From the NCBI GenBank assembly GCA_051313645.2, contig JBNRSN020000012.1, positions 150,598,001-150,662,000 on the forward strand: a DNA stretch of 64,000 nt, in the 5' to 3' direction. A program made the translations under genes and the position numbers. Positions within the stretch are counted from its first letter, which is position 1, and every line of letters begins with the position of its first letter. Positions 45,960-59,025 of the stretch are shown piece by piece. This stretch comes from Centroscyllium fabricii (lineage: Eukaryota). The notes beneath the pieces were generated by a model. It was not told where the DNA came from and made no database searches. It saw only the letters and a program-made list of their open reading frames with translations.

Positions 45960-48903
45960 GAACAATGGAACAAAGTTCATTGGAAGGGGAGGTGGGGTGG
46001 CTATGTTAGTAAGGCAAGGTATCACGGCAATACAGCGGAATGATATTGGTTCAGAGCATCAAGATGGTGAAACAGTTTGGGTGGAAATAAGAAATAATAA
46101 AGGGAAAAAAACACTAGTGGGCGTAGTCTATAGGCCTCCAGACAGTTGTAACACAGCTGGTCGGAGTATAAATCAGGAAATAGTTGGGGCTTGTAATAAG
46201 GGAACAGCTATAATTATGGGAGATTTTAACTTTCATATTGACTGGACTAATCAAGTTGGACAGGGCAGCCTTGAGGAAGAGTTCATTGAGTGTATTAGGG
46301 ATGGGTTCCTTGAACAGTACATAACTGAACCGACCAGGGGGCAAGCAATCTTAGATCTGGTCCTGTGTAATGAGACAGGATTAATTAAAAATGTCCTAGT
46401 AAAGGATCCCCTTGGAAAGAGTGACCATAACATGGTCGAATTCCAAAATTCAATTAGAGGGTGAGAGGGTTGGATCTCAAACAAGGGTACTGAGCTTAAA
46501 TAAAGGAGACTATGATGGTATGAGAGCAGAATTGATTAAGGTGGACTGGGGAAACAGATTAAAGGGTAAGACGGTACATGATCAGTGGTGTGTATTCAAG
46601 GAGTTATTTTATAACTTTCAAGAAAAATATATTCCACTGAGGAAAAAGGGGTGTAAAAGAAAAAACAACTATCCGTGGCTAAGTAAAGTAATAAAGGAGA
46701 GTATCCGACTAAAAACAAGGTTATATAAGGTAGCTAAATCTAGTGGGAAGATAGAAGATAGGGAAGCTTTTAAATGTCAGCAAAAGATAACAAAAAGATT
46801 GATTAGGAAAGGGAAGATAGATTATGAAAGTAAATTAGCAAAAAATATAAAAACAGATAGCAAGAGTTTCTATAGCTACATAAAAAGAAAAAGGGTAGCT
46901 AAAGTAAATGTTGGTCCTTTAGAGGATGAGACCGGGAAATTAATGGTAGGAGACATGGAGATGGCAAAAGCGCTGAACAAATATTTTGTATCAGTCTTTA
47001 CAGTAGAGGACACTCAAAATATCCCATCATTGGATAAACAGGTGGCTCTAGGGGGGGAGGAGCTAATTACGATTAAAGTAACTAAGGAGGTGGTACTCGG
47101 GAAAATTATGGGACTTAAGGAGGATAAATCCCCTGGACCTGATGGCTTACATCCTAGGGTCTTGAAGGAAGTGACGGTAGGGATTGTGGATGCGTTGGTA
47201 ATAATTTTTCAAAACTCACTGGACTCGGCAAAGGTTCCGGCAGATTGGAAAACTGCTAACGTAACGCCGTTATTTAAAAAGGGTAATAGACAGAAGGCTG
47301 GAAATTTTAGACCAGTTAGCCTAACATCTGTGGTTGGCAAAATGTTAGAATCTATTATTAAGGAAACAGTAACAGGGCATTTGGATAAACACCATTTAAT
47401 AGGACAAAGTCAGCATGGTTTTACAAAGGGGAAGTCATGTTTGACAAATTTGCTAGAGTTCTTTGAGGACATAACATATAGGGGGGATAAAGGGGAACTA
47501 GTGGATGTGGTGTATTTGGACTTCCAAAAGGCATTTGACAAGGTGCCCCACAGAAGATTATTACTCAAGATAAAAAATCACGGGGTTGGGGGTAATATTC
47601 TGGCATGGGTGGAGGATTGGCTTTCTAACAGAAAACAGAGAGTTGGGATAAATGGTTCGCTCTCAGACTGGCAGTCAGTCACTAGTGGTGTTCCGCAAGG
47701 GTCGGTGCTGGGACCCCAACTCTTTACAATCTATATTAACGATTTGGAAGAAGGGACCAAGTGCAACATATCAAAGTTTGTGGATGACACAAAAATGGGA
47801 GGGAGGGTGATGAATGAGGAGGACATCAAAAACCTGCAAAAGGACATAAATAGGCTAAGTGAGTGGGCAGAGATTTGGCAGATGGAGTATAATACTGGAA
47901 AATGTGAAGTTATGCACTTTGGCAGGACAAATAATAGAGCGAGTTATTATCTAAATGGAAAGGAACTGGAAAGTACTTCAGTGCAAAGGGATCTGGGGGT
48001 CCTGGTGCAGGAAACACAAAAAGTTAATATGCAGGTGCAGCAGGTGGTAAGGAAGGCCAACGGAATGTTGGCTTTTATTGCTAAGGGGATTGAGTATAAA
48101 AGCAGGGAGGTCTTGCTGCTGTTGTACAGGGTATTGGTGAGACCACACCTGGAATACTGCGTGCAGTTCTGGTGTCCCTATTTAAGAAAGGACATACTTG
48201 CTCTCGAGGCAGTGCAGAGAAGGTTCACTAGGTTAATTCCGGGGATGAGGGGGCAAACATATGACGAGAGGCTGAGTAGATTGGGCCTCTACTCATTGGA
48301 GTTCAGAAGAATGAGAGGCGATCTTATTGAAATATATAAGATTGTGAGAGGGCTTGATCGGGTGGATGCGGTGAGGATGTTCCCAATGGTGGGTGAGACT
48401 AGGACTCGGGGGCATAATCTTAAAATAAGGGGCTGCCATTTCAAAACTGAGATGAGGGGGAACTTCTTTACTCAGAGGGTGGTGCGGCTGTGGAATTTGC
48501 TGCCCCAGAGAGCTGTAGAAGCTACTACGTTGAATAAATTTAAAACTGAGATAGACAGTTTCCTGGAATTAAAGGGAATTAGGGGTTATGGTGAACGGGC
48601 TGGTAAGTGGACGTGAGGCTAGGTGCAGATCGGCCATGTGATCTCCTGGACCAGTTTTCGATCGCCTAGATGGGTCGGAGCGGAATTTTCCTGATTTTTT
48701 TTTCTCCCAAATTGGCTACTTTTTTTTTTTAGCTTGTTTTTCGCCTCTCCCAGGTGATCACATTGGTCTGGGCGGGGTGGAGAGTAAAAATAAAATTGAG
48801 GTTAGGATCAGATCAGCCATGATCTTGTTGAATGGGTGAGCAGGCTCGAGGGGCCGATTGGCCTACTCCTGCTCCTATTTCTTATGTTCTTATGTTCTTA
48901 TGT
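45960..48903 (+). mobile_element. 5'-truncated CR1 LINE with most of ORF2
   Basis: Partial APE (VYRPP, GDFN, SDHN); one frameshift near 46445; RT open to 48616 (FVDD); tail (TTCTTATG)n. Confidence 0.93.
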
Positions 48904-49094
48904 AAAGTTTACCTCTAATGCTGAGTGGACTCTTGCCAAGATGGATTTTTAATAGTTGCCATCCGATTTGCACTTTCCTTTCACCTCCGTGATCATACTT
49001 TTAGTTAATCCTTTTGCCACAACCAACATACATGTATAGAGTGCCATTCATAATATGGGCAGTTTAATAATGTGGCAAATATAGAATGGGCTAC

Positions 49095-51813
49095 TGTTGT
49101 GTATGTGATAAGAGTATGCTGGGCAGCTTGTAAACCTATAACAGAGCTGCACTATTTTTGGTATGGTGGAGGGATATTGTAATACCTCCACAGGCCACCT
49201 AGTATAAATAGCGCTGCAGTGCAAGCTGTATTCAGTTTCCCCCTGGACCTTGAAGAGCAAAGACCTTTTGTTCCTGTGACCCTGTGTCCGAGTCTTTATT
49301 GAGTGTCTACCTAACACTGACAACGAGGTGTTAGGACAGAACACAACACTGGTGACGAGGTAATGAACGAATTCACCTGCTACAACACGACAGTGGCATA
49401 GATCCAGCATAAGGTCTGGAGAGTCAGGCGTCAACCATGCAGGACAGCCCATCACAAGACCAGCACAGCAGTAGCGGACACCAGGGATAAGGCTGTCGAG
49501 GATCGCGCTGATTCTCCAGCCACGGGGCAACAAGCGAGTAAAGGTACTGTGAACTCCGTTCAGTTGCCCATAAAGCTCGCACGAAGCTCTGACAAGCTGG
49601 GCTAACAGGAATGACTGAGTGCAAAAAAGCAAACCGGCAGATGCGCTGGGTAAGTGCAACTAGCAGCACTGCACCCGCACGAAAGGCTCCACTGCAATTT
49701 CTGGGCCAATATACATCACTCCATTCGATGCGAGTGAGGAAGATTGTGACACTTATGTAGAAAGAGCAGAAATTTGTTTCCAAATAAATGGGGTGTCTGA
49801 AGACCAAAAGGCTGCGACACTTTTAAATTGTATGGGTGCACACACTTTCGAACTGTTAAGGAACCTTATTAACCCAGACAAGCCGACTGACAGAACATTT
49901 GGCCAGATTATCAAAACTCTAAAGGATCATTCTAAAGGAGTTCAGCACTGCCTGTCATCGCTGAAAGATACCGTTTTTATCAACGCATTCAAAGAAGGGA
50001 TGAGTCAATAGCGGAATACTTAGCTGAACTGCAAAGATTGGCGAGGAATTATCAGTTGAGGGAAGGCTTAACAGACGCCCTGAGAGACAAGTTTGTATGT
50101 GGTATGAGTGACCAATCTACACAAAAACAGTTGTTAACAAAACAACAACTGACCTTGCAGCAAGCTTTCGACATAGCTTCTGTTCGGGAGGCAGCAGCAA
50201 GAGGAGCTGCCGAAATTACACAGCACATACCGAGCTATGATACACACGCAGCCGTGCTCCAATCTAACAGGTGCTATCGATGTGGCAGAACAAATCACGC
50301 CCAAAATGACTGTTGGTTCCGTGAGAAGATATGCTGGCAATGTGGCAAGTTAGGACATACCGCAAAAGTTTGTCGATCACCCAAAACCAACGGAAGAGGT
50401 AGCCCGAAGATGAGCCCAAAGACTTACAGGAAAATCAATAGATTGGGCTACAGTAGTTCCGACGAGGCACCAGCACATGCTCAAATGGATTATATGGGCC
50501 TGGGATGCCTAGAAGTCGACAATGCTCGAAAACAAATGGATCACCACATAGTACAGCTCAATGTCAATATAGCTGGTACGATGCTCAATATGGAATTGGA
50601 TACAGGCTCAGCCTTATCAGTAATCAATGCCAACGATTATGAAAGATATTTCAACCACATACCGCTGCAGGACACCACAATGATTTTGAAAATGTATACG
50701 GGACAACACGTATATCCAAAGGGATATATAACAGTTACCATCAACTATAACGGTAGGACGATACCGAGATTACCTCTATACGTAATACACAATGGTGGAA
50801 CTCCATTACTGGGCCGACAATGGCTACGAAAAATCACTATTGACTGGGACTCATTAAATTACACAAGTGTTGATGCTGAAGATGAATTATGCAGACCAGA
50901 CATGCGAGCTCACAAACAGGAAGAAAAGAGATTTGCGGAAATAGAAGGAGCTCTATGTGAGTGTGTGGACAAAGTTGACCAACAGAGAGATGCCATGCAA
51001 AGCCTAATTGATGGATTGCGCTCAGACATACAATGCCTAGTTGAAGGATTGCAGTCAGAAATTGCAACTCTGAAAGTCGATTTTAGAAAACACCCAGAGC
51101 TATGGACAGACAAAGCAAAGAATGAAGGTGCTGAGCTCAAACAACAACTTCAGAAACTGCAAAGTCAGCTTAACAATTGGTCACAACAAGAGAATGAGGC
51201 ACTGCAGCAGAACCTGCCAGCCTTGGCACAATTGCCATCATCATCACCACCAACTAACTACGAGGAGAAGGAAGTGGTGTACCACAAAGAGGCGTCTAAT
51301 AAATCTCAGCCGAACATGGAAAGAACCCTCGAGGTTGTGCACAATTTTGCAGGACAGAAACACCATCGCAAGGGCAAGACTAAAGCTGGAAGAAATCATT
51401 AAAAAATTTGAGGACAATTATACATACTGCCGTTGTTAAAATGTTAAGAACAATGCCGTATAATGTCAAATTAATAATGTTGTAAAGTGTTGAACTGTTA
51501 GTTAATGATGCTACTTCATCTATCAAAAAGGGGTGATATGTTATTTAAAAGGGGAGGAATGTTGTGTATGTGATAAGAGTATGATGGGCAGCCTGTGAGC
51601 ATATAACAGAGCTGCACTATTTCTTGTATGGTGGAGGAATATTGTAATACCTCCACAGGCCACCTAGTATAAATAGCGCTGCACTGCAAGCTGTATTCAG
51701 TTTCCCCCTGGACCTTGAAGAGTAAAGACCTTTTGTTCCTGTGACCCTGTGTCCGAGTCTTTATTGAGTGTCTACCTAACACTGACAACAAGGTGTTAGG
51801 ACAGAACACAACA
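49095..51813 (+). mobile_element. non-autonomous Mag-like LTR element (Gag-PR-coiled coil, no RT/RH/IN)
   Basis: 254-bp LTRs 49095-49348 and 51560-51813 (about 11 differences); TSD GCTAC; PBS TGGTGACGAGG; PPT AAAAGGGGAGGAA. Confidence 0.93.
49611..51402 (+). pseudogene. Gag (two CCHC knuckles), aspartic protease and coiled-coil tail; 50038-51402 open
   Basis: CYRCGRTNH..C and CWQCGKLGH..C; MELDTGSALS; LLGRQWL; then heptad-rich tail ending KHHRKGKTKAGRNH; frameshifts in 5' gag. Confidence 0.88.
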
Positions 51814-51849
51814 GCTACCAGTTATGTACCATCATGACGTGCAGTATTC

Positions 51850-52372
51850 TCAGTCCATGAGATCTTCTACTGAAACCCTCATGCATGCCTTTGTTAGCTG
51901 CAGTCCATTACTCCAATACTCTCCTGGCCAACCTCCATCCTACACCCTCTGTAAACCTCAGCTCATCCAAAACTATAGTGTCCCTATCCTAGCCCAGAGC
52001 AAATCCTGCTCACCACTGTCCTTACTGTCCAACATTGGTTCACAGTCCTCCAAGGCCTCAAGTTTAAAATTCTCCTCCTTGTGTTTAAAGCCCCTCATGG
52101 CTTCACCCCTCACCATCTCTGTAACCTCTTCCAACTCTAGAAACCCCTCAAACTCTGGCATCTTGAGCATGCCCGCCTTCCTTTGCCCCATTATTGGGGG
52201 TCATACCTTTAGACACGTTCTGGAATTCCCTTCTCCTCCTTCAAAACACTCCTTGCTTTTGGCCAGCCTTGCTAGTATCTCCTTCTTTGGTTCAATTATT
52301 TTTTTGTTTGTTTTTTTGATTACATCTCTGAAGCTCCTTGGGACATTTTTCCACATTAAAGGTGCAATATAG
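51850..52372 (+). mobile_element. L2 LINE 3' fragment
   Basis: ETLMHAFV..KPQLIQN and FKILLLVFKALHG-like peptides; tail TTAAAGGTGCAATATA. Confidence 0.7.
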
Positions 52373-53249
52373 TAATTCATCCGCAAACTTTGAAAAACTG
52401 CATAGATGTCTAAATGACATCAAGACCTCATTTAAATATTGGAACTGGAAAACGACAGGACGCTTTGGTGCTATTTGAATACCTGACTGGTAAAGTTAAA
52501 TGAATGTGTGGAGGTTGCATGTCACTCACACCCACTTTTTGCCTATTTATTGAGTGTCACTGAATGGAAAATCTACCCTAGTGTTTACACAGCTTGGGAC
52601 TGAGTTTCATCTTGTAAATGTCCTGCTTGTGCCACTTCCAATCCTGGATGATAGAAGGAGCCGAGAGCTGTAACATTGGGTTTTCACTCCTTTTGTGCCC
52701 AATACGTGTTCCTGCTGAGGGAAGGGAGGGAGGTGGAAGGTCCTGTTTGTTGCATGCCCACTACCAGTTTTTATTTTAAAGTAGAAAGCAGCGCATGAAA
52801 ATAAAAACCACAATTGGCCAAACTTTGAAATAAAATCAGAAAATGCTCAATGTTCAGCATCTGAAATAGAAAGATAGTTTGCATTTGCTGTATTTATGAA
52901 GGTTTCTTTTTCAGATGCTGACTAACCTGCTATTGATTTCCAGCAACTTCTGTGTTTTTTTCGGTAAAAAAGTGATGTTTTTGTGTTCTTGATGCTATGT
53001 TGGTCGCTCCCGTGGCAATGAGGTTTTTGGACCTAGTTTGCTACTGGTGTTTTTTTTTCCTTCCTGTGATGTAAAGCTGTGGGGACATTGAAGGATACTT
53101 TCACAGATGTGTAATATTAACCTTTGATCTCACTGCTGCGTAATATCAGTAAAGGAGACCTTGAAAATGACAGTAATGGATGCTTAATAGTTGCATTCAT
53201 TCTGTTGACACAGATGTTGGTTTCACAGTGCCCTGTTCTTTATTTCACT

Positions 53250-53430
53250 GAATCTTGCATCTTTTAAAGGACGAGGAGATAAACATTTCATGCAGGGGCA
53301 GATACTGGGTTTCTGAAGAGAGAACAGGGCAGTGGGATTCGCTCTGGATTGCTCCAGCAAAGAGCTGCTGCAGACATGATGGGCCAAATGGTCTCCTTTT
53401 GTCCTGTAAACATCTGTGGCTCTATGCAAA
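53250..53430 (+). mobile_element. old CR1 3' end fragment
   Basis: CAGACATGATGGGCCAAATGGTCTCCTTTTGTCCTGTAA resembles the CR1 tail at 19562-19600. Confidence 0.55.
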
Positions 53431-54215
53431 GTATCAACTTGCTGTCAGAACACCAGTGTTGAAGAGATCTCAAGGGAACAATCGGGGAGCCTCAAGAAGG
53501 GGTCCATGTGTTACATGGCGCAACTTCTACAATGAAAACATAGTTTCATGATTCAAAAGTATTTAACTTGGTTGATTTTTCTATTAGATTACATTCCTTA
53601 GAATAAAAATATATGATTGCCAAATTATTTGGTTGAGTTACATCTTGAATAATATTAGTTATGCATTGGCACCAGTGCAACATCCTGTAAAGAGTCAACA
53701 CTACCTACAGGCCAGTCATACAGTACATTTGGTGTCAAATTACTGTGAACACCATATCAAATTGGCAGAGACTATGCAGTGTAATGGCAGCGGTCCCAGC
53801 CCAATAGAAGTGGTGAGAGGTCACCAGGTGCAGTATAAATCCAATCAGTGTAAAGCAAACTTTAAAATGTTCCTAGATATTCTGAATAAACCTCATTTAA
53901 GAACTTTAGAATGTCAGCAAAGAGCCCATTCCCTTTCAACTCTTCAGTAATATTAAAAACCCAACTGAGCTTTGGATTCTGGAACATTAAGGTCATCCCT
54001 AATGGGCAACTGAAGTTGTGAAAGATGCTATATAAATGTAAGTTCTTTCTTTTTAAACATTTCTAGAAGTGAACTAAAATGGCAAGAACTTCTATCCCAC
54101 ATGTCCACCTCTGTCGACTGGGTAATATTTCTTCCTGTAAGAGGAGGTAATTTAACAGATTAACACTGTCACTAACATTAAGTCAAAAAACAGCTGTCTT
54201 CCATGAGTTTACTTA

Positions 54216-54521
54216 GGGGCCCTTCACAATTTTCAACATTTTCACAAGTGTACAAAGAGTACTCTTTTTTGCTACCCCCTCCCACCCCCCTGGAAGTGTA
54301 CACCAAAAATGTTGATTTTTTCCAACATGGAATTTAAAAGCGGCCGGAGCAGCATTACGATGTTGTATTTTGCCGCTGGTGGCGCTTATTATTTTCGAAT
54401 GACGGCGGAATTTCAATCGACATTTTTAATAACGAAAAAAGCGTACGGACAAGTCGGACCCCCTCCCCCCCAGCGTACGGTTTGTACGCTCGTGAAAATG
54501 TTGAAAATTGTGAAGGGCCCC
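54216..54521. mobile_element. Tourist-like PIF/Harbinger MITE
   Basis: Perfect 30-bp TIR GGGGCCCTTCACAATTTTCAACATTTTCAC; TSD TTA. Confidence 0.92.
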
Positions 54522-55402
54522 TTAGATATAAAAAATAAACTTGTAAATGTCTGCATAAGCCCTGAGATAGAGGCTACGTTGCATAACCGAGGCAATGTAG
54601 AAAGTGCTTTACTCTGCATCTAGCTCATGCTGTACCTGGTCTGGGAATGCTCAATGTGGGAAAGTATTGCATCGTATGGGAGTATACCCCAGAAAAAAAA
54701 AACCTTTACAAGTGATAAAACACACTGCAAGTTGAGTAGCGTGCAATTTCCCTGGCAGTCTTCGAGCAGAGTTGTTGGAATAGACTGTCCCCAGCAAGTG
54801 AACCTGCCCAAACATCCCCCCCATTCAGCCAATAATAATCTTTCAAGCTCTTGGCTCTGTAGTCATTCTTCTGGCTGGTGTCTGTGGAAACTTTAATGCT
54901 TACAGCACATATTCTGGATTCAGTGCCATGGTTATATTAGGATAAATATGAAGCCGAGGTATATGAAATATGAGGGGGCTTTACACATCACGTTGGGAAG
55001 TGTTTGGGAGCTGTTACATCATTGATCTTCATTCTCAGAGTTTGCTCACCCAACAGTTTTATGTAGCTGAATATTGTGTTTGGATAGCTAAAGGTCAACT
55101 ATACAAGAGGGCGAGTCTCCAGCACCAGAAAACTGAGGGAGGACTTGAGATATAAAAGATTCTGGTAAAGGACACAAGAGTTAGCAAGTACCCATACCCT
55201 GAGCAATTCCCTGTTTGAAAGCAAGAAACTCAACTCATTTTCTTCATGCCAACGATTTGAAGAAGAATGTGAAGCCACTTTTACTTGGAATTTTTTCTGA
55301 AAAATGTTGTAGTGAGTAAAAGGCAAAGGCCCTACATTAGTTTAAAACAACCCATATGTTGTGCATCTTTCTCATCCCTTTACTCTTAGCCTGCAATCTG
55401 CT

Positions 55403-55680
55403 TGAGATAACCTCAAATTATGACGGCAGTGAGTTTCTTAATAAAGAGGCTTTTATGAACAAGGAACTGAACCGTGTCCCCGATGAGTCTGCCTGGAATG
55501 AGAGACAAGTGGGCGGAGCGTTCTCCTTTATACTAGCACCCAGAGGCGGGGTCAGCCGGTACAGGTCCTTACAGAAAGGTAAAGACATTAACCGATATAT
55601 AACAAGATATATACAAACACATTAAACAGAACTATATACAATAACCGTACAGTGTGAACCACACCAAAAGGTTCATCACA
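55403..55680 (-). mobile_element. solo LTR (Gypsy-like)
   Basis: TG..CA ends; 5-bp TSD CTGCT; TATAAA on the minus strand; no internal domain. Confidence 0.8.
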
Positions 55681-55724
55681 CTGCTCCATTCTGCTTTCTG
55701 TCTTAATTTATTTTTGTTGCTTTT

Positions 55725-56210
55725 TGGTTATGGGTGACACTGGCAAGACATTATTTATTGCTCATCGCCAGTTGCCCTCAGAGCATTAAAAGTCAACGGG
55801 GTCATTTTGACTTTGTACGATAGTGTAAAACGGACGGTGGCGAATTAGAACCCTTTTTACATCTCTCCCCATTTTTATTTCCATTGACTTCAAAATCGGG
55901 AGCAATTTAAAACAGGTTGCTGATTCATTATTGTCTGTTTTACACTATCATACAAAGTCAAAATTACCCCCAACCACGTATTGTGGAACTTCAGTCATAT
56001 GTAGGCCATACCAAGTAGAAGTGGTAGGTTTCCTTCAGTGAACCAATTGCATTGTTACAACCATCCAGCACTTTACATGATCATTTTTCTGGTGCCAGCC
56101 ACAAATTACCACATTTATTGACGTTAATTTCACAAATTGCTGTGGTGAGATTTGAACTCACAATCTCTGGGTTGATCCTTTAGTCCTATAATCACTAGGC
56201 TGCCATGCCC
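55725..56210 (-). mobile_element. degenerate tRNA-headed SINE sharing its tail with the LINE at 44050
   Basis: GGCAAG..ATTTATTGCTCATC matches 44073-44098; A/B-box-like head near 56150-56210. Confidence 0.55.
55798..55971. mobile_element. palindromic MITE nested in the SINE
   Basis: About 33-bp TIR GGGGT.ATTTTGACTTTGTA.GATAGTGTAAAAC; 3-bp TSD AAC. Confidence 0.8.
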
Positions 56211-56569
56211 AATTTCCAAGCAACTGAATTAATTAGTCCCAAAGTGTGAAATAGAACTGATGAATGCTTGTCACAGAAATTGGAATGCTATTTGTCTAAC
56301 TACACTACACATAGATAAGCCCAGGGCATGCAAGCTGTCTCAAATGCATCTTACTGTTCCTTTGATCATCACGTTCCCAGAACATAAACTATGAATTGGA
56401 CAGAGGCCATTCCACCCATTAATCACACTCCTTCCACTCACAGCGTATATTCCATTCCTCAGCGCTATGAGACAGCATTGTCTGAAAACCATTCAAAAAT
56501 GGTGATAAGGCACGAGCCACATATCATTAATTTTTGCATTTGAGCTGACTGCTGCTGTGAACTGCTCTA

Positions 56570-57206
56570 ATACTCAACTAATCAGACGTAAGTACAAGGG
56601 ACAGCTAAAGAAAGCGAAGGCTGCTATTAGATCAGCTTAAAAGATAATGGAAAAGAGGATTGTAGACAAGTATGGAAGTATTGGAAAAGGCTTTTCCAGT
56701 TATGTGAAAAGACAGAGAACTCTCAAAGACTGTTGGGCCATTGAAGAACACTCAAGGACAGGTTACGAAGGACTCACTGGATATGGCGTAAATATTAAAT
56801 GAGTACTTTGCATCAATTTTCACTCTTGAAGACAATGCTCAACTGTTAGAATTTAATGATGATGGTAATAATAAAACTAGTAATATTAACATAGATGAAC
56901 ATATTCTTTTAGATAGAATTAAGAACCTGAAAATAGATTGACCAGCCAGGCCAGATGATGTCCACCTGATGATCCTCAGGGAGATGGAACATGTGCTGTG
57001 TGAGCCCCTTGCCTGTATTTTACATAGCTCACTGCACTCTGGGATGGTTCTAGTACACTGGAAAGAGGCTAATGTAGTCCCCATCTTTAAAGAAGGAGAC
57101 AAGACAAACTCGGGTAACTATAGGCCCATTTGTTTGACATCAGCAATAGGAAAGATGCTTGAGGTAATCATCAGGGATGCAATGTATTATTACTTGAATA
57201 GAGAGG
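56570..57206 (+). pseudogene. old CR1 ORF2 fragment
   Basis: WKEANVVPIFKEGDK..NYRPICLTS. Confidence 0.8.
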
Positions 57207-58465
57207 GACACCAAAGGGAATTCCTCCAACTGACCCATGAGGGTCCAGGAGCAGGGCATCCCGGGCCTGAGGCCACCTGGCAACGGGTGCAACAGGCAGG
57301 ATGGTGGCCAGGACTGAGGGGACAAGTTCTGTGTCGGTTGTCTGGTGTGTGCTGCCAATAGCCCTGACCCCCAGAAAAGACAGGTATCTTTGGGACACAT
57401 CAGGAATATAGAAGGATCATGGCAGTCAATGCAAATCGATTACATCGGGCCCCTATCCACCGTCCAGGGAGGCTACAAGTGCTGCCTGGTCCTGGTGGTC
57501 GTGTTTTCAAAATGGGTGGAAGCTTTTCCCTACCAAACAGCTACCGCATTGGGTACAGCTAAGATCCTGGTCAGGGAAGTGTTCTCACGATGGGGACTAT
57601 CGCAGTATGTGGAGTCTGACCAAGGGAGTCATTTTACCGGGCAGGTCATGCAAGAGACCCTCATGGGCCCGGCATTGAAGGGAAATGGCACGTAGCCTAC
57701 AACCCACAGTCATCGGGTCCTGTGGAGCGTTTAAACCGCACCATCAAAGAAAGGCTGCGCAATGAGACAGGAGACTCACCCAAGAAGTGGGTAGAAGTCT
57801 TCCCGTTGGTCCTAATGGGGATCCGAGCCAACCAGTCAAAAAGCACGGGGTATTCCCCATACGAGCTCATGACTGGTAGGGTTATGCGGACTCCCACCCA
57901 TGTGCTAGCCCCGGTGCTCATGGAAGGTCAGCTCAGAGAGGTGAACCGGGACAGCTTCATCAGGAATCTGTTTGAACACCTTAAAAAGATTCACTGGTAG
58001 GCTGCTAGCAACATGGGAAAACAGCATCGGAGTAACCAACTGCTGCTAGATTCCCACAGGCACCATGAGTGGGAGACAGGGGATCAGGTCATGGTGAGGA
58101 ACTTTGCCCGGTTAGGGAGTTTTGAACCATTGTACATGGGGCCGTACAGCATTGTAGACAAGGCCAGCCCCATGGTATATGCCATAGAGATGCCCCGCCA
58201 CACAAAGTGGTTCCACATTAACCAGTGTAAACTGTTTAAAACCAAGAATGGAGAACGGCCAGCAAGGGTGAACCGCCCAAAAGATAGAGATCCTCAGCCA
58301 GCAGCTGTGGCAGACTCACAGACCGCACCGGAGGGGGCAGTGGTTTGTGTCACTGGAGAGGCCAACCCATCAATTATGTGGGACTCGGACACACCCCCAG
58401 TAGCCGGAGCCTTAAGAAGGTCTCTTTGCATACCACAGCCTGAACTACCGTGGTCACCAGTGTAG
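57207..58465 (+). pseudogene. pol: integrase of a retrovirus-like element (5' part of the element missing)
   Basis: HEGPGAGH..C..C; WQSMQIDYIGPL; FSKWVEAFP; SDQGSHFTG; NPQSSGPVERLNRTIK; GPY module; frameshifts. Confidence 0.9.
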
Positions 58466-59002
58466 CAGTTTAAACGGTCCAGCCCCAGAGGGGCCGCAAC
58501 CCGTAAAAGAATGGCCAAGGTCAGGGATCAGTCCAAGGTCAGGGATCTCCAGCCTGCAGCCTCAAAGGGTGAGGGACTTACAGGTGAGGTAGCGTTAGTC
58601 AAAGAAAGCAAGGGGGACCCCAGCCTGCAGCCTCAGGCTGTGCGGAACACACAGGACAGGATAGGGACTCGGCAGCCACACAGGAGGGGGTAGGGTGCTG
58701 CAGTACAGGAGGGCATACTCCCCCGACCAACTGGGATTCAGTGAAACTCCCAATCCTTTAAGAAGAAGTCTCCGGGTCCGGTGGCACAGGCCACCTTACG
58801 TCCAACTGTACAAGCTGCCCAGAGGACACAAAAGACAGAAGCCAAACAGGAATTAGCTTGGCCATCAGTTTTCTTAATTTTAAGTATGTTTTACAGTTTT
58901 TGACAGTTTTAGGTTTACTATTGTTTAATTAGTTATGATAAGTTTTAAGTTTTCGAAACTCAGTAACTGTGTCAAGCCAGAGAACCTTCTCGGGACATGG
59001 CT

Positions 59003-59025
59003 ATCTGTTTTATGTATCCCTACAG
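59003..59025 (+). promoter_or_regulatory. putative env splice acceptor
   Basis: TCTGTTTTATGTATCCCTACAG ends just upstream of the signal-peptide ATG at 59039. Confidence 0.5.

Noticed and set aside
52820-52960. Degenerate palindromic Penelope-like remnant
   Set aside because: Too diverged to define boundaries or family
53040-53220. Possible conserved non-coding element in non-repeat sequence
   Set aside because: Cannot be judged without cross-species alignment
54590-54660. Single degenerate monomer resembling a shark satellite
   Set aside because: One copy only, and the resemblance rests on memory alone
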